64,000 nucleotides of DNA from a bacterium (GTDB lineage: Bacteria > SAR324 > XYD2-FULL-50-16), in assembly GCA_029940215.1 (NCBI GenBank), contig JAOZRE010000002.1, positions 1,433 through 65,432 of the forward strand. The letters run 5' to 3'. How positions within the stretch are numbered: the stretch's first letter is position 1; every line of letters begins with the position of its first letter. The notes under the pieces are model-generated. The model saw only the letters and a list, made by a program, of their open reading frames with translations, searched no databases and was not told where the DNA came from. The position numbers and the translations under genes were made by a program. Positions 9,774 through 19,874 of this stretch are shown here, in pieces.

Positions 9774-10763
9774 ATGCAAACCAGCGAAAATATTCTGGAA
9801 TTGAAAGGCGTCAAGACCTATTTCTCCACCACAAAAGGCGTTGTAAAGGCTGTTGATGATATTTCTTTTTCCATCGGACGCGGCGAAATCGTCGGATTGG
9901 TCGGCGAGTCCGGCAGCGGAAAGAGCATGACCAGTCTCTCCATCATGGGACTGGTACCTCAACCTGCCGGTAAGACAGTCGCAGGGGAAATCCTGTTCCA
10001 CGGTGAAGATCTCTTGAAAAAAAACGATGAACAGATGCGGCAGATTCGAGGAGACAAAATATCCATGATTCTGCAAGACCCCATGGTCTCCCTGAACCAG
10101 ATTCTATCGGTCAAGTACCAGATCGGCGAAGTCTTTCGGTATCACGATAAAAGCATTCTTGGTTCCCTGAAAGAGATGTGCATCGGGGTTCTCAAAAAAG
10201 TCAAGGTCCCGTCCCCTGAATTGCGGGTTAACGACTACCCGTTTCAATTCAGTGGTGGAATGTGCCAGCGAACTATTATCGGGATGGGTATCGCAAACGG
10301 ACCGGATCTGTTGATCGCTGACGAACCGACAACCGCTCTGGACGTGACCATACAGGCCCAGGTGCTGCAGCTGATGAAGCAGGTTCAGGAAGAGACAAAT
10401 GCCGCTATTCTGATGATTACCCATGATTTGGGCACGGTTGCACAATTGTGCACCCGCGTACTGGTCATGTACGCTGGACGGATCATCGAAAAGGCACCGG
10501 TGAATACATTTTACAAGAATCCGTCTCATCCGTATGCCATCGGATTGATTAAATCGGTGCCGGTTCTGGGACGCAAAAGCGATCGTCTTTATTCCATTGA
10601 AGGACAGCCTCCGAACCTGCTCAACCCACCCACAGGCTGCCGATTTGCTGCCAGGTGCGAGCAGGCAATGCCAATCTGCACACAAGAGTATCCACCAGAG
10701 GTTTCCCTGGAAGCCGACCATCAGGTATCATGCTGGCTTTTTGCCGAAAAGGGAGAACAGTAG
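9774..10763 (+). CDS. ABC transporter ATP-binding protein, OppD/DppD/NikD type.
   Basis: Walker A (GESGSGKS), ABC signature (FSGGMCQR) and Walker B ([12 protein letters not shown]), with a C-terminal oligopeptide-ABC extension (PPTGCRF...C). I placed the start at ATG 9774, just after the upstream stop, rather than the longer ORF from 9717. Confidence 0.9.
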   Translation: MQTSENILELKGVKTYFSTTKGVVKAVDDISFSIGRGEIVGLVGESGSGKSMTSLSIMGLVPQPAGKTVAGEILFHGEDLLKKNDEQMRQIRGDKISMILQDPMVSLNQILSVKYQIGEVFRYHDKSILGSLKEMCIGVLKKVKVPSPELRVNDYPFQFSGGMCQRTIIGMGIANGPDLLIADEPTTALDVTIQAQVLQLMKQVQEETNAAILMITHDLGTVAQLCTRVLVMYAGRIIEKAPVNTFYKNPSHPYAIGLIKSVPVLGRKSDRLYSIEGQPPNLLNPPTGCRFAARCEQAMPICTQEYPPEVSLEADHQVSCWLFAEKGEQ

Positions 10764-10764
10764 A

Positions 10765-11739
10765 ATGACAAAAGAGATCAGTATCGAAGTTAAAGGCCTG
10801 TCCAAGCATTTCCCGGTCACATCAGGGGTGATTTTTTCCAAAACTGTTGGTGTCGTCAAGGCGGTGGATAACATCAGTTTCAGTATCAACCATGGTGAAA
10901 CCCTGGGAATCGTTGGGGAATCCGGCTGCGGGAAGTCAACAACTGCGAACCTGGTTTTGGGACTGGATAAGCCAACCTCAGGACAGATCATCGTGCAAGG
11001 AGAGGATGTCGCCAAATTGAAAGGGGAAAGCCTTTTCAAGTTTCGCAGAAAGGTCCAGGCCGTTTTCCAGGATCCCTTCCGCTCGCTGAACCCCCGAAAG
11101 AAGATCAGGCATATAGTCAGCGAACCGCTGATGGTACACAAGGTTGGGTCGTCATGGCAGATTAAGCAGAAAGCGTTGGAACTGCTGGAACTGGTAGGCA
11201 TCAATCCCCAGCGGGCAGACCTGTACCCCCACGAGTTCAGCGGAGGACAGCGGCAGCGGATCGCCATAGCCAGAGCGCTCTCGTTGAACCCCAGCATCAT
11301 CATCCTGGACGAACCTGTTTCTGCTCTGGATGTTTCAATCCAGGCCCAGATCCTGAATCTGCTGATGGACCTGAGGGAGAAATTCTCGCTGACCTTTTTG
11401 ATTATCTCTCACGATCTGGCGGTGGTGGAACATGTCAGTACCCATATCGGCGTCATGTACCTGGGACGAATCGTAGAGTTGTCACCTGCAGCAGAGCTGT
11501 ATAAAAATCCGCTGCATCCCTATACCCGAGCGCTACTGGCAGCATCACCAGTGGCAGATCCGGATGTTAAACTGAAGGCCGTACTGGAGGGCGAGGTCCC
11601 CAGCCCGATGAACCCACCCACCGGCTGCACCTTTCATCCCCGCTGCCCCGACTGTAAGCCGGAATGCAAGTCCCGGGAGCACAAGATGCATGAGATCACA
11701 CCAGGACATTTTGTCTCCTGCCTGAACTTCAGTAGTTAG
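10765..11739 (+). CDS. ABC transporter ATP-binding protein, OppF/DppF/NikE type.
   Basis: Walker A (GESGCGKST), ABC signature (FSGGQRQRIAIA) and Walker B (IIILDEPVSALD), with a C-terminal Cys-rich extension. I placed the start at ATG 10765, 2 nt after the upstream stop. Confidence 0.9.
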   Translation: MTKEISIEVKGLSKHFPVTSGVIFSKTVGVVKAVDNISFSINHGETLGIVGESGCGKSTTANLVLGLDKPTSGQIIVQGEDVAKLKGESLFKFRRKVQAVFQDPFRSLNPRKKIRHIVSEPLMVHKVGSSWQIKQKALELLELVGINPQRADLYPHEFSGGQRQRIAIARALSLNPSIIILDEPVSALDVSIQAQILNLLMDLREKFSLTFLIISHDLAVVEHVSTHIGVMYLGRIVELSPAAELYKNPLHPYTRALLAASPVADPDVKLKAVLEGEVPSPMNPPTGCTFHPRCPDCKPECKSREHKMHEITPGHFVSCLNFSS

Positions 11740-11800
11740 ACATCCAGCCAGCCAGGTTCTTCCTGAATCAGATCAATTGATTTTCAAACCGAGGGGAGTC

Positions 11801-11824
11801 GGATGCGGTATCGCATCCACTTTT
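11801..11824 (+). terminator. Rho-independent terminator after the ABC ATPase gene.
   Basis: GGATGCG-GTAT-CGCATCC hairpin followed by AC-TTTT. A second GC hairpin (GGGGGC-CTAA-GCCCCC, then TTT) lies at 11860-11878. Confidence 0.55.
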
Positions 11825-11904
11825 CGAGTTAAAACGGGGATTTCCTGCGTAAGATCACCGGGGGCCTAAGCCCCCTTTGCAATATCAATTTGGCTTGTTT
11901 CTTT

Positions 11905-12480
11905 CTAAGGATCAACCTTCAATGCCAAAAGCCACTTGTCCAACACCTCAACTGCCGGTTGTCCCGGAGCTGCTGTAATGGAAACGATGATCACATCGTT
12001 ACCTTTGTAAACTGTGAGACCTACCGTCACCAGCCCAAAGGAGCCACCATACTTCCAGGTTACCATGGCATAGGAAGCCTTCACACCATTCGCCAGAGTT
12101 ATAATCTTGCCATCTCTCAGCTTGAAACGCTTGGATCCCTTCTGAGATGCTTTCAGACCTTTTTTAAACGCCTTAGCCGCACCTTCAAGAGCGGGTGTCT
12201 CATCTGTTTTAGGACCTACAGAAATAGTGATAACCGGAATGTTTGCTGAATGCTTGACCCGAACAACTTCACCTTTGGCCTGCAGGTCATCTTTCACTGT
12301 AAAAACAGATGCTGGCCATGCGAGTGAAAAACCAACCTTCTTATCCTGATAAAACCCATCCCTGGAGATGATATCCCCTTCCGGTTCCGGTGCATCCATT
12401 TTCTTGGCGGCCGGGGCACAGGATATAAGCAGTGTAACACCAACCAGAAGGCCTACAACCCAACTCATACGACGTAACAT
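11905..12480 (-). CDS. Hypothetical lipoprotein.
   Basis: The ORF is open to 12516. The probable start is the Met before a lipoprotein signal (MLRRMSWVVGLLVGVTLLISC, lipobox LISC). No recognisable domain. Confidence 0.45.
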   Translation of the reverse strand: MLRRMSWVVGLLVGVTLLISCAPAAKKMDAPEPEGDIISRDGFYQDKKVGFSLAWPASVFTVKDDLQAKGEVVRVKHSANIPVITISVGPKTDETPALEGAAKAFKKGLKASQKGSKRFKLRDGKIITLANGVKASYAMVTWKYGGSFGLVTVGLTVYKGNDVIIVSITAAPGQPAVEVLDKWLLALKVDP

Positions 12481-13081
12481 TCTCTCTCTCATAATTCCCT
12501 CTTCAAAGAGTGACAAAAAAGAACCTCTGGCATCCGCCCTGAGGTAAACAGAAAAACCGCTGCTATTCAGTCAGCGGTTGACGTAAACAGGTCTCGGGGT
12601 CACTATTCCGTATTGTTGACACACCATCGACATGCTCCGATTGAACACCATTCGTTGAACTCAGTCAACCATAACCTATAAACTGACTCCAGGCTCGTGT
12701 AAAACCGTTTCGATTCTATTTTACAGCAACTACTATACCAGAGTGCAATGGAGCGGAAATAGCTGAATTTCTGTATGAAAGTCATGTTATCGCTCGAAAT
12801 TGTCAGGCCGAAAATGTCAAAATTAAATGCTTGTGTGACATTTGACTCTTTTCCAAGCGTAATTCAACATCCCGTTTTAGGATTCCAGCTGAAATAAACG
12901 AGTGATATCCAAAATGCTATCTGCTTCCTGAGGCTGTCAAACGTTATCAACAACAGATGCCCGCTAAATTCAAGCCATCCTCCCTGATTCTGATCCTTCC
13001 CGGGAGCAGTTGGTATTACCCTTGCAGAATATTTCCGTCGTATTCCGAGTAATCGACTAAACAAATAATCGACACACAACC

Positions 13082-13381
13082 ATGATACATATCGAAGAGT
13101 CTTATCCAACATTGCAAGCAGTCACGGTCCTGATAGAGGGAAAACTAGATCGGCTGACCTTACCGACTCTGCAAGAGGTCTGCCAGCGGCACTTCGATTC
13201 GAATCCGAAAAGGACAGTGACCATTGAGATCCGCTCGCTGAGCGGCATCAGCATCGAAGGGAAGAACTATCTAAGGGAGATACAGGATAGGGTTTGCCTG
13301 AAAAATGTCCCTGAATTCTTGAGAATGGAGCTGGCAAGCGGCAGTAACGCACCCTATCCGGATTCGATTGTCAAGAAATAG
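13082..13381 (+). CDS. STAS-domain protein (anti-sigma-factor-antagonist-like).
   Basis: 99 aa. The pattern (VTVLIEGKLDRLTLPTLQEV...TVTIEIRSLSGISIEGKNYL...CLKNVPEFL) matches SpoIIAA/STAS topology. Its 3' end overlaps the convergent sigma-54 regulator by 11 nt. Confidence 0.5.
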   Translation: MIHIEESYPTLQAVTVLIEGKLDRLTLPTLQEVCQRHFDSNPKRTVTIEIRSLSGISIEGKNYLREIQDRVCLKNVPEFLRMELASGSNAPYPDSIVKK

Positions 13382-16300
13382 CCACCAATTGCTTTTTAAT
13401 CCCATGTTTTTTGATGCGTGATCGCAATGTACTGTAGTGCATTCCCAGCAGTTCGGCTGCTCCCCCCGACCCCCGTATTTTCCAGTTGGTTTTATTTAAC
13501 GCCCAGATAATGTGCTGCTGTTCCACCTCTGCCATAGTAACAGCACCATCTCTTTCAGGCGAAAGTGACTCTCTGGCTTCCAGCTCCGGAATGTGAAACC
13601 GATCCTCACAACTCATCACCACGGCCCGTTCCATTATATTTTCCAGTTCCCGCACGTTCCCGGGCCAGTGGTAGCTTTTCAGCATCTTCATATCCGCTTC
13701 CGAAATCTGAGTAAAGGGCTTACCCGTTTTCATGGCAAACTTTCTCAGAAAGTAGAGTGCCAGCAACGGGATATCCTCCGACCGCTTTCTTAAGGGTGGA
13801 ACCTTGATGGGAAAGACATTCAACCGGTAGTAGAGGTCTTCTCGAAACTGTCCCGACTTCACCAGGGCTTTCAGGTCCTGGTTGGTGGCCGCAATCAGGC
13901 GAAAATCCGATTTCAGGGTCTTGGTCCCGCCGACCCTCTCAAAATCTTTTGTTTGCAATACCCGCAGCAGTCGAACCTGAACCTCCATGGGGATATCTCC
14001 TATTTCATCCAGGAACAACGTGCCCCCATCAGCCAGTTCAAATCGACCAATGCGGCGCTCATTTGCCCCGGTAAAGGCCCCTTTCTCATGGCCAAAGAGC
14101 TCGCTGGCAATCAGGGTCTCGGAGAAGGCGCTGCAGTTAACACAGATAAACGGTTTGTCCCTGCGGGGACTATTGTCCAGAATAATGCCGGAAACCACCT
14201 CCTTTCCAACCCCGGTTTCCCCCATAATCAGGACAGTGGTATCCGCCTCAGCCACCTGCCGGACCTTGTCCAGCATGTTCAAAATCAATCGGCTTTTTCC
14301 AACGAAGTTGTCATACTGCATGCTCTCCAGGTGCTGTTCGCGATAGTACTGTTTTTCTTCTCCCATCTTCCGGTTCAGACGCTGAATTTCATCATAGGCT
14401 TCGGCATTATCCATAGCGATGGCTGTCAACGCTGCAAAATAGGTGAAGGTTGGCAGATCTGACTCCTTAAAGGCAGAGTGCAGAAACCGGTTGTCGTTAT
14501 ACAACACGCCGACAATCCGATCCTGGATCATCATAGGTACACAGATACAGGAGCGGACTTTGCCAAAGGATGTGTAACTCTCCGGATCTTCAATGGCGAC
14601 CTTACGAATGATCCCCTTTGCAGATGCAAACACCTCCCGGATTAAAGTCATATTCGGCCCAAAATCCGGGCGGTTGATGTCCTCAGGTGTCAGATTCTTG
14701 GCTGCACGAAACGTAAATTCAACCGGAGAGAAACCGGGCTTGACCAGGAAAATTGCCCCCCGTTCAGCCCCGGCAATCCGTGTAACCGTCGAAATAATGT
14801 ACCGTGCGAGCTCCCGTTTGCTACGAATGGTCACCACATCCTGCCCCAGCTTCAGGATCTCTTCCAGCAGATTATCCCGATGCTGCGTCGAACTCACCAG
14901 TGGCTTCAGATCCTCCGGAAATTCCAACTCGCTGAACCGATCGTATAAGTCTGCCGCTTTCCGGGCGGCTTCACGAGCCTCTGACTCCCTGTTCATCTCC
15001 AGGAGTTGTCGCGCCCTTTCAAGCTGCGTTCGAGCAACTTCCGCCACAATTCCCGACTCCCTGAGTGAGGTCTCGGATCGATCCAGAAGGTCCAGCACCA
15101 TCTCGGGGGATTCCCCCTTTTGTTTCGCTAACAAGGCCTTGAAGCGAAGCCCAATTCCCCGGTAAAGAATCTGTTCCCCATTGACAGCCGACTCAAGTTC
15201 CTCCTGCAAAGACAGACCCTCAATGGCTGGGTAAATCCCCATTTCAGCATCCCAGCAAAGATACAACAGGTAGATATTGATGGTTCGCGGAATCCCCGCA
15301 CTCTCCAGAATATTAAAATAATCCCGAAGAACGGCGATGGAGGCATTGTTCTCCCCTTTCATGTAATACACAAAGGCCAGCAGGAGGGTAATTTCAGCCT
15401 TAAGGCGCTCATCATACTTCGGCAATTCATCATCCTTTGTGGAGAGGAGGGAGTCGTAAACCTCATCGACTCTTCCAATCATGGTCATGATCTGACCGAT
15501 GCTGCATACGGCATATCCGGCAATATTGTATCGACCGATCTCCATAGCATGGCTGTATATCGCATCCAGCATCCCCAGTCCATGGGACACCTGTCCAATA
15601 ATGGCATAGGAGTGGGCGACGGTCGTCGCGGCATAAAGCGGAAACATACCCCTTGGGAAGGTATCCACATCCTGAACCGAGTGCTCATAAATCTCGATCG
15701 TCCGGTGGAAATTTCCCTGCCAGTAGGACATGAACGCGCTGATGGTGGTGATAGGTTTGATAAAACGGGGGTCCTCAATCTTCTTTGCTTTAAGCCAGGC
15801 TTCATCAGACGTTTGAATCGCCAGCTTTTGCTCACCTCTCTGCCACTGGTTGATGGCCAGATGCATTTTCATCAAGGTCTGAAAAGCCAGATGTCTGATA
15901 CGTATAGCCTTTTCCAGTGCATTTTCGATAATGGTCGTGGCCCAGTCACTGTCCTGTCTGGCAACCAGAATATTCAGAAACTTGTTGACCGTTTCGATAT
16001 AAAGCAGCCTTGACTCATCATCCTCTTCAGACTGAAGATCCTTGATAACCTTTGTATAGCAGGCAATGGCTGAAACAAAATTCGCGGATCTCCCGTAAGC
16101 GTCCCCCGCTACCGCCAACCAACGACACCCTTCCCTGTCGTTACTGATGGTCAGCAGATGACGGGAAAGCTCCATCTGACGGGTCGAATCATCAGAGATA
16201 TCGCTCTTCAGCAGTTCAATAATGCTTTCCCGATTCGCCTCCCTTTCCTCTTCAGGCAGACCCTGTTCGATTTCCAGGCGTGCACCTTCATTTTTGAATC

Positions 16301-16463
16301 GGTAGATACCCGACTCAACCTCTTCCAGCAGGCCCTCATGAATGGTGTAGTTAATCTTCTTCAGCAGTTCCGTCGCCTTCGACGAGGTCAATTCAAGCAG
16401 CCAGTCCAGGGAAAACTCCCCCTTAAAACAGGCCATGATCTCCAACAACTTTTTTTCTGACAT
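13371..16463 (-). CDS. Sigma-54-dependent transcriptional activator with a large N-terminal TPR-like sensory region, a GAF domain, an AAA+ sigma-54 interaction domain and a C-terminal Fis-type HTH.
   Basis: 1030 aa. AAA+ region ([10 protein letters not shown]...GAFTG...LFLDEIGD...QVRLLRVLQ...RLIAATN...[11 protein letters not shown]) and C-terminal HTH ([21 protein letters not shown]). A GAF-like segment ([10 protein letters not shown]...) sits upstream of the AAA+ domain. Confidence 0.9.
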   Translation of the reverse strand: MSEKKLLEIMACFKGEFSLDWLLELTSSKATELLKKINYTIHEGLLEEVESGIYRFKNEGARLEIEQGLPEEEREANRESIIELLKSDISDDSTRQMELSRHLLTISNDREGCRWLAVAGDAYGRSANFVSAIACYTKVIKDLQSEEDDESRLLYIETVNKFLNILVARQDSDWATTIIENALEKAIRIRHLAFQTLMKMHLAINQWQRGEQKLAIQTSDEAWLKAKKIEDPRFIKPITTISAFMSYWQGNFHRTIEIYEHSVQDVDTFPRGMFPLYAATTVAHSYAIIGQVSHGLGMLDAIYSHAMEIGRYNIAGYAVCSIGQIMTMIGRVDEVYDSLLSTKDDELPKYDERLKAEITLLLAFVYYMKGENNASIAVLRDYFNILESAGIPRTINIYLLYLCWDAEMGIYPAIEGLSLQEELESAVNGEQILYRGIGLRFKALLAKQKGESPEMVLDLLDRSETSLRESGIVAEVARTQLERARQLLEMNRESEAREAARKAADLYDRFSELEFPEDLKPLVSSTQHRDNLLEEILKLGQDVVTIRSKRELARYIISTVTRIAGAERGAIFLVKPGFSPVEFTFRAAKNLTPEDINRPDFGPNMTLIREVFASAKGIIRKVAIEDPESYTSFGKVRSCICVPMMIQDRIVGVLYNDNRFLHSAFKESDLPTFTYFAALTAIAMDNAEAYDEIQRLNRKMGEEKQYYREQHLESMQYDNFVGKSRLILNMLDKVRQVAEADTTVLIMGETGVGKEVVSGIILDNSPRRDKPFICVNCSAFSETLIASELFGHEKGAFTGANERRIGRFELADGGTLFLDEIGDIPMEVQVRLLRVLQTKDFERVGGTKTLKSDFRLIAATNQDLKALVKSGQFREDLYYRLNVFPIKVPPLRKRSEDIPLLALYFLRKFAMKTGKPFTQISEADMKMLKSYHWPGNVRELENIMERAVVMSCEDRFHIPELEARESLSPERDGAVTMAEVEQQHIIWALNKTNWKIRGSGGAAELLGMHYSTLRSRIKKHGIKKQLVAIS

Positions 16464-16849
16464 GGTTTTGTATAGTTCCCAATGAGATGAATCCCTGAAA
16501 CAGGGCCGGTCTGATTGTCGGTAAATTCATCAAAACGTAACATTCCTGCCTGAAGCCTGTAAAGTTACTTGTGCGATATTTCACCTTTTCGATGTTATAT
16601 GGCTCCTCCTCCCTACGAGAAAACGCAACCGATTATCAATACCGGCTCCTGGATGTTTGCTCCGGATGTTGATTTATATAAACCTTATTCATTTTAGACA
16701 TAGATCCATGATACCCTGCCGGCTATAATAACCGGAGACGCAAATAGTCAAAAATAGCGACCAGTCAGGTCCCGAATCCCTTTGAAACGGTCAAAGCCTG
16801 TGCAACACGTATCTGGTATGAAAGTAATTAAACACAGAAAGGAATCTTA

Positions 16850-18286
16850 ATGTCGAACCCATTGAACCTTGATATTTTTTTCCACCCAAAATCCATCGCC
16901 GTTGTTGGCACCCCCAGCGAGACCCCGAAGGGGAAGTGGCCTGGCATGTATGGTTGTATTGTTGAAAACGGCTACACCGGAACCCTTTATCCCATCAACC
17001 CAAAGGCTACCGAGGTTGGCAGCAGGAAAGCCTATCCGAACCTGACCTCGCTCCCCGTAGTAGCGGACCTGGTAATTCTCTCCGTTCCGGCTCCCTTCGT
17101 TCCTGATATCCTGAGGGAGTGTGCCGCCACTGGTCACAAAAACATCCATATTTTTACCGCTGGATTTAAGGAGACAGGCGAGCCGGAAGGGCTCCAACTG
17201 CAGGAAGAGATCGAAACCATCGCTCGTGAGCACGAGCTTCGAGTTATCGGCCCCAACTGCATGGGAGTGTTCGTCCCCAAAATAAAAATGGCCACCTGGG
17301 TCGACCCACCGGACGCCATCGGCCGGGTGGCTTTTCTGAGCCAGAGCGGCGGACATGCCCAGGACTTCACCAATTATGGAGCCAAGCTTGGCCTTGGATA
17401 CAGTAAGGTCGTCAGCTACGGAAACGCGTTGACCCTGGACGCGCCCGATTTTCTTGAGTATCTGGCAGAGGATCCTGACACCGATATCATCGCCATGTAC
17501 CTTGAAGGGGCGTCTGATGGAAGAAGGCTACTGGAGACAGTCAGGAAGGTGAATCAGCTTAAGCCTGTGGTGATTCTAAAGGCCGGCCTGACAGAATCAG
17601 GCACAAGGGCCGTGGCATCGCATACCGGATCACTGGCTGGTAAAACCCATATCTGGGATGCTTTTTTCAGGCAGACCGGTGCTATTCAGGTGCAATCCCT
17701 TCAGGAAATGGCACACACGGTTCTTGCACTGCAGCACTTTAAAACCGCTGAGGGAAATGGGGTCGCGGTATTGGGCGTTGGTGGTGGTGTCGGCGTGGAA
17801 GCTGCGGATGCCTGCAGTCGTGCTGGTTTGGGTCTGCCTGACCTGTCAGACTCAGTCCGCCAGAAATTGCGGGAGTATGTCGGCCCAGCGGGCAACATGA
17901 TCCGCAACCCCATAGATGCCTTTGTTATCCTGCTGGATTTCGGATTGCTGAGCAAAACCCTGGATATCATCAGCGCCGAGGCGTGTTTTGACATGTTCAT
18001 CCTCTCAATTCACCTGGACTGGTTATTTGATATCGACGCAGGTGCTCATCTCCCGCGGATGACTGAGTACCTGATCAAAACCGCTCATCGGCATTTGAAT
18101 GGTAAGCCGCTAGCTGTCTGCTGGCGAACCTTGAGGCAGAATCCTAAAATTGAGAAGCAGGGGCTGCAGTTTGAAAAGGCGTTGCTGGCAGCAGGCATAC
18201 CGGTATACAGGGACCTGAACCAGACCGCTGGCGCTCTGTCCAGGTTTACTGCTTATCACCAGCTGAAGAAACAGCTCTGCAACTAA
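16850..18286 (+). CDS. Acyl-CoA synthetase (NDP/ADP-forming) alpha-type protein with CoA-binding and CoA-ligase domains (paralog 1).
   Basis: 478 aa. N-terminus SIAVVGTP...GYTGTLYPINPK...VADLVILSVPA...RVIGPNCMGV is characteristic of CoA-binding/succinyl-CoA-synthetase-like alpha subunits of ADP-forming acetyl-CoA synthetases. No beta subunit is adjacent. Confidence 0.7.
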   Translation: MSNPLNLDIFFHPKSIAVVGTPSETPKGKWPGMYGCIVENGYTGTLYPINPKATEVGSRKAYPNLTSLPVVADLVILSVPAPFVPDILRECAATGHKNIHIFTAGFKETGEPEGLQLQEEIETIAREHELRVIGPNCMGVFVPKIKMATWVDPPDAIGRVAFLSQSGGHAQDFTNYGAKLGLGYSKVVSYGNALTLDAPDFLEYLAEDPDTDIIAMYLEGASDGRRLLETVRKVNQLKPVVILKAGLTESGTRAVASHTGSLAGKTHIWDAFFRQTGAIQVQSLQEMAHTVLALQHFKTAEGNGVAVLGVGGGVGVEAADACSRAGLGLPDLSDSVRQKLREYVGPAGNMIRNPIDAFVILLDFGLLSKTLDIISAEACFDMFILSIHLDWLFDIDAGAHLPRMTEYLIKTAHRHLNGKPLAVCWRTLRQNPKIEKQGLQFEKALLAAGIPVYRDLNQTAGALSRFTAYHQLKKQLCN

Positions 18287-18294
18287 GGGTCGGC

Positions 18295-19350
18295 TTAACT
18301 CCCGCTGATGCCAGCTGAGCTGAATGTAGCCATCTCGTTGTAGATATGAATGGCTGCCTCGATCACCGGCATGGCCATGGCAGCGCCGGTCCCTTCACCC
18401 AGTCTGAATTCCAGGTCAAGGATCGGTTGAACATCGAAAAGTTTGAAGAAGGTCTGGTGTCCAACTTCCTGTGAAAGATGGCTGAAGAAAAGGTAGTCCT
18501 TCACCGCCGGGTTCATCCGGCAGGCGACCATGGCTCCCGCCGACGAAATAAATCCGTCCACCACCACCGGTATCTTGCGGGCTGCCGCTCCCAGGATCAG
18601 GCCGCAAATCCCGGCTATTTCCAGGCCACCCACTGCAGCTAGAGCATCCAGCGGTGTTTGCAGGCATTCCCGATTCACTTCCAATGATTTTTTAATGATA
18701 TCGATCTTGTGTTTGAGAACGGTATCATCCACCCCGGTCCCCCTCCCTGTCACTTCTTCAACCGGACAGGGCAGCAGAGAGGCAAACAGGGCGGCTGAAG
18801 GGGTTGTATTGGCAATTCCCATCTCCCCGGTCCCCAACAGGGTATATCCTTCATTCGCCGCTTTATCCGCCAGTTCAGCGCCTGCCAGCAGGGCTTTTTC
18901 AGCTTCAGCAACCTCCATTGCAGGGCCTGTCGCCATATTCGCAGTACCTGACCTCACGCTGCAGTCAATCAGTCCCGCCCGTCTTTCAACCGGCCAGTCC
19001 ACCCCCATATCCACCACAGCCAGGTCGGCTCCGACGTGACGGGCCAGAACATTGATGGCCGCTCCACCGGAAAGCATATTCATCACCATCTGCTGTGTGA
19101 CGACTTTAGGGAAGGCAGAGACCCCTTCATCCGCTACTCCGTGGTCAGCGCCAAAGGTAAAGATCTTTTTCTTTCCGGTCCGGGGACGATCCGTCCCGGT
19201 CATCAGGCAGTACCTCATGGCGATTTGCTCTAGTTTTCCGAGGCTGCCGGGGGGTTTAGTCAGATCATTGAGGTGATCTTCAACAGATGGCCGGATAGTT
19301 TGGTCAACTGATTGAATACAGTTCATCAGGTGTTGTAGTTGCTGGTTCAT
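18295..19350 (-). CDS. cobT: Nicotinate-nucleotide--dimethylbenzimidazole phosphoribosyltransferase.
   Basis: 351 aa with CobT hallmarks (...PPGSLGKLEQIA...FGADHGV...EMGIANTT...). Confidence 0.9.
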   Translation of the reverse strand: MNQQLQHLMNCIQSVDQTIRPSVEDHLNDLTKPPGSLGKLEQIAMRYCLMTGTDRPRTGKKKIFTFGADHGVADEGVSAFPKVVTQQMVMNMLSGGAAINVLARHVGADLAVVDMGVDWPVERRAGLIDCSVRSGTANMATGPAMEVAEAEKALLAGAELADKAANEGYTLLGTGEMGIANTTPSAALFASLLPCPVEEVTGRGTGVDDTVLKHKIDIIKKSLEVNRECLQTPLDALAAVGGLEIAGICGLILGAAARKIPVVVDGFISSAGAMVACRMNPAVKDYLFFSHLSQEVGHQTFFKLFDVQPILDLEFRLGEGTGAAMAMPVIEAAIHIYNEMATFSSAGISGS

Positions 19351-19874
19351 TTGATATCAGACTTAATGATTACAGGAAGTCCGCTAACCATTAAAATGAC
19401 ATGATCAGCAATTTCAGCAACACGCTGGTTCAGGCGACCTGCCTGATCCCGGAACTCACGTGCCATATCATTCATGGGTACTATTCCCATCCCCACTTCG
19501 TTTGTCACCAGAACAACGGAGCAGGGGGGACGTTTCAGGAGTTCAAGCAGGGCATCCACTTCCTGCGCTAATAAGCTGCCGGATTCATCTCGGACCTGCA
19601 TATTACCCAGCCAGACGGTCAGGCAGTCGATAATGATCAGTTCTGTGGTACCAGACAGCGGTCTGATGGCATCCGCCAGATGGACTGGCGCCTCTATGGT
19701 TCGAAAGTGGTCTCCCCGCTCTTCACGATGCCGTTCAATCCGCTGCTTCATTTCATCGTCTATCGCTTCAGCCGTAGCAATAAACGTATTTTCAAGGGAA
19801 GGATCCGCCAGGGTCAGCGCATAACCGCTTTTACCGCTGCGAGCCCCACCCGTTACAAGGGTTACCTTAGCCAT
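19347..19874 (-). CDS. cobU: Bifunctional adenosylcobinamide kinase / adenosylcobinamide-phosphate guanylyltransferase.
   Basis: 175 aa. P-loop (LVTGGARSGKS) and a CobU/CobP-like body. 4-nt overlap with cobT. Confidence 0.9.
   Translation of the reverse strand: MAKVTLVTGGARSGKSGYALTLADPSLENTFIATAEAIDDEMKQRIERHREERGDHFRTIEAPVHLADAIRPLSGTTELIIIDCLTVWLGNMQVRDESGSLLAQEVDALLELLKRPPCSVVLVTNEVGMGIVPMNDMAREFRDQAGRLNQRVAEIADHVILMVSGLPVIIKSDIK

Noticed and set aside
10104-10721. 205-aa minus-strand ORF antisense to the OppD-like ATPase gene.
   Set aside because: It is embedded entirely in a gene with clear Walker A, Walker B and signature motifs on the other strand. No start context and no domain.
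14593-15165. 190-aa plus-strand Arg/Ser-rich ORF inside the sigma-54 activator gene.
   Set aside because: It is antisense to the conserved AAA+ domain region of the regulator. Its composition is typical of a shadow ORF.
16464-16849. Search for a sigma-54 (-24 GG / -12 GC) promoter upstream of the acyl-CoA synthetase-like gene that diverges from the sigma-54 activator.
   Set aside because: No GG-N10-GC element with TGGCAC / TTGC character was found by eye. The nearest candidates (TGGATGTTTGCT, GGTCAAAGCCTGTGCA) have the wrong spacing. A proper PWM scan is needed.
18530-19039. 169-aa plus-strand ORF antisense to cobT.
   Set aside because: It is a shadow ORF within a confidently identified gene. 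Ala/Pro/Ser-rich with no motif.
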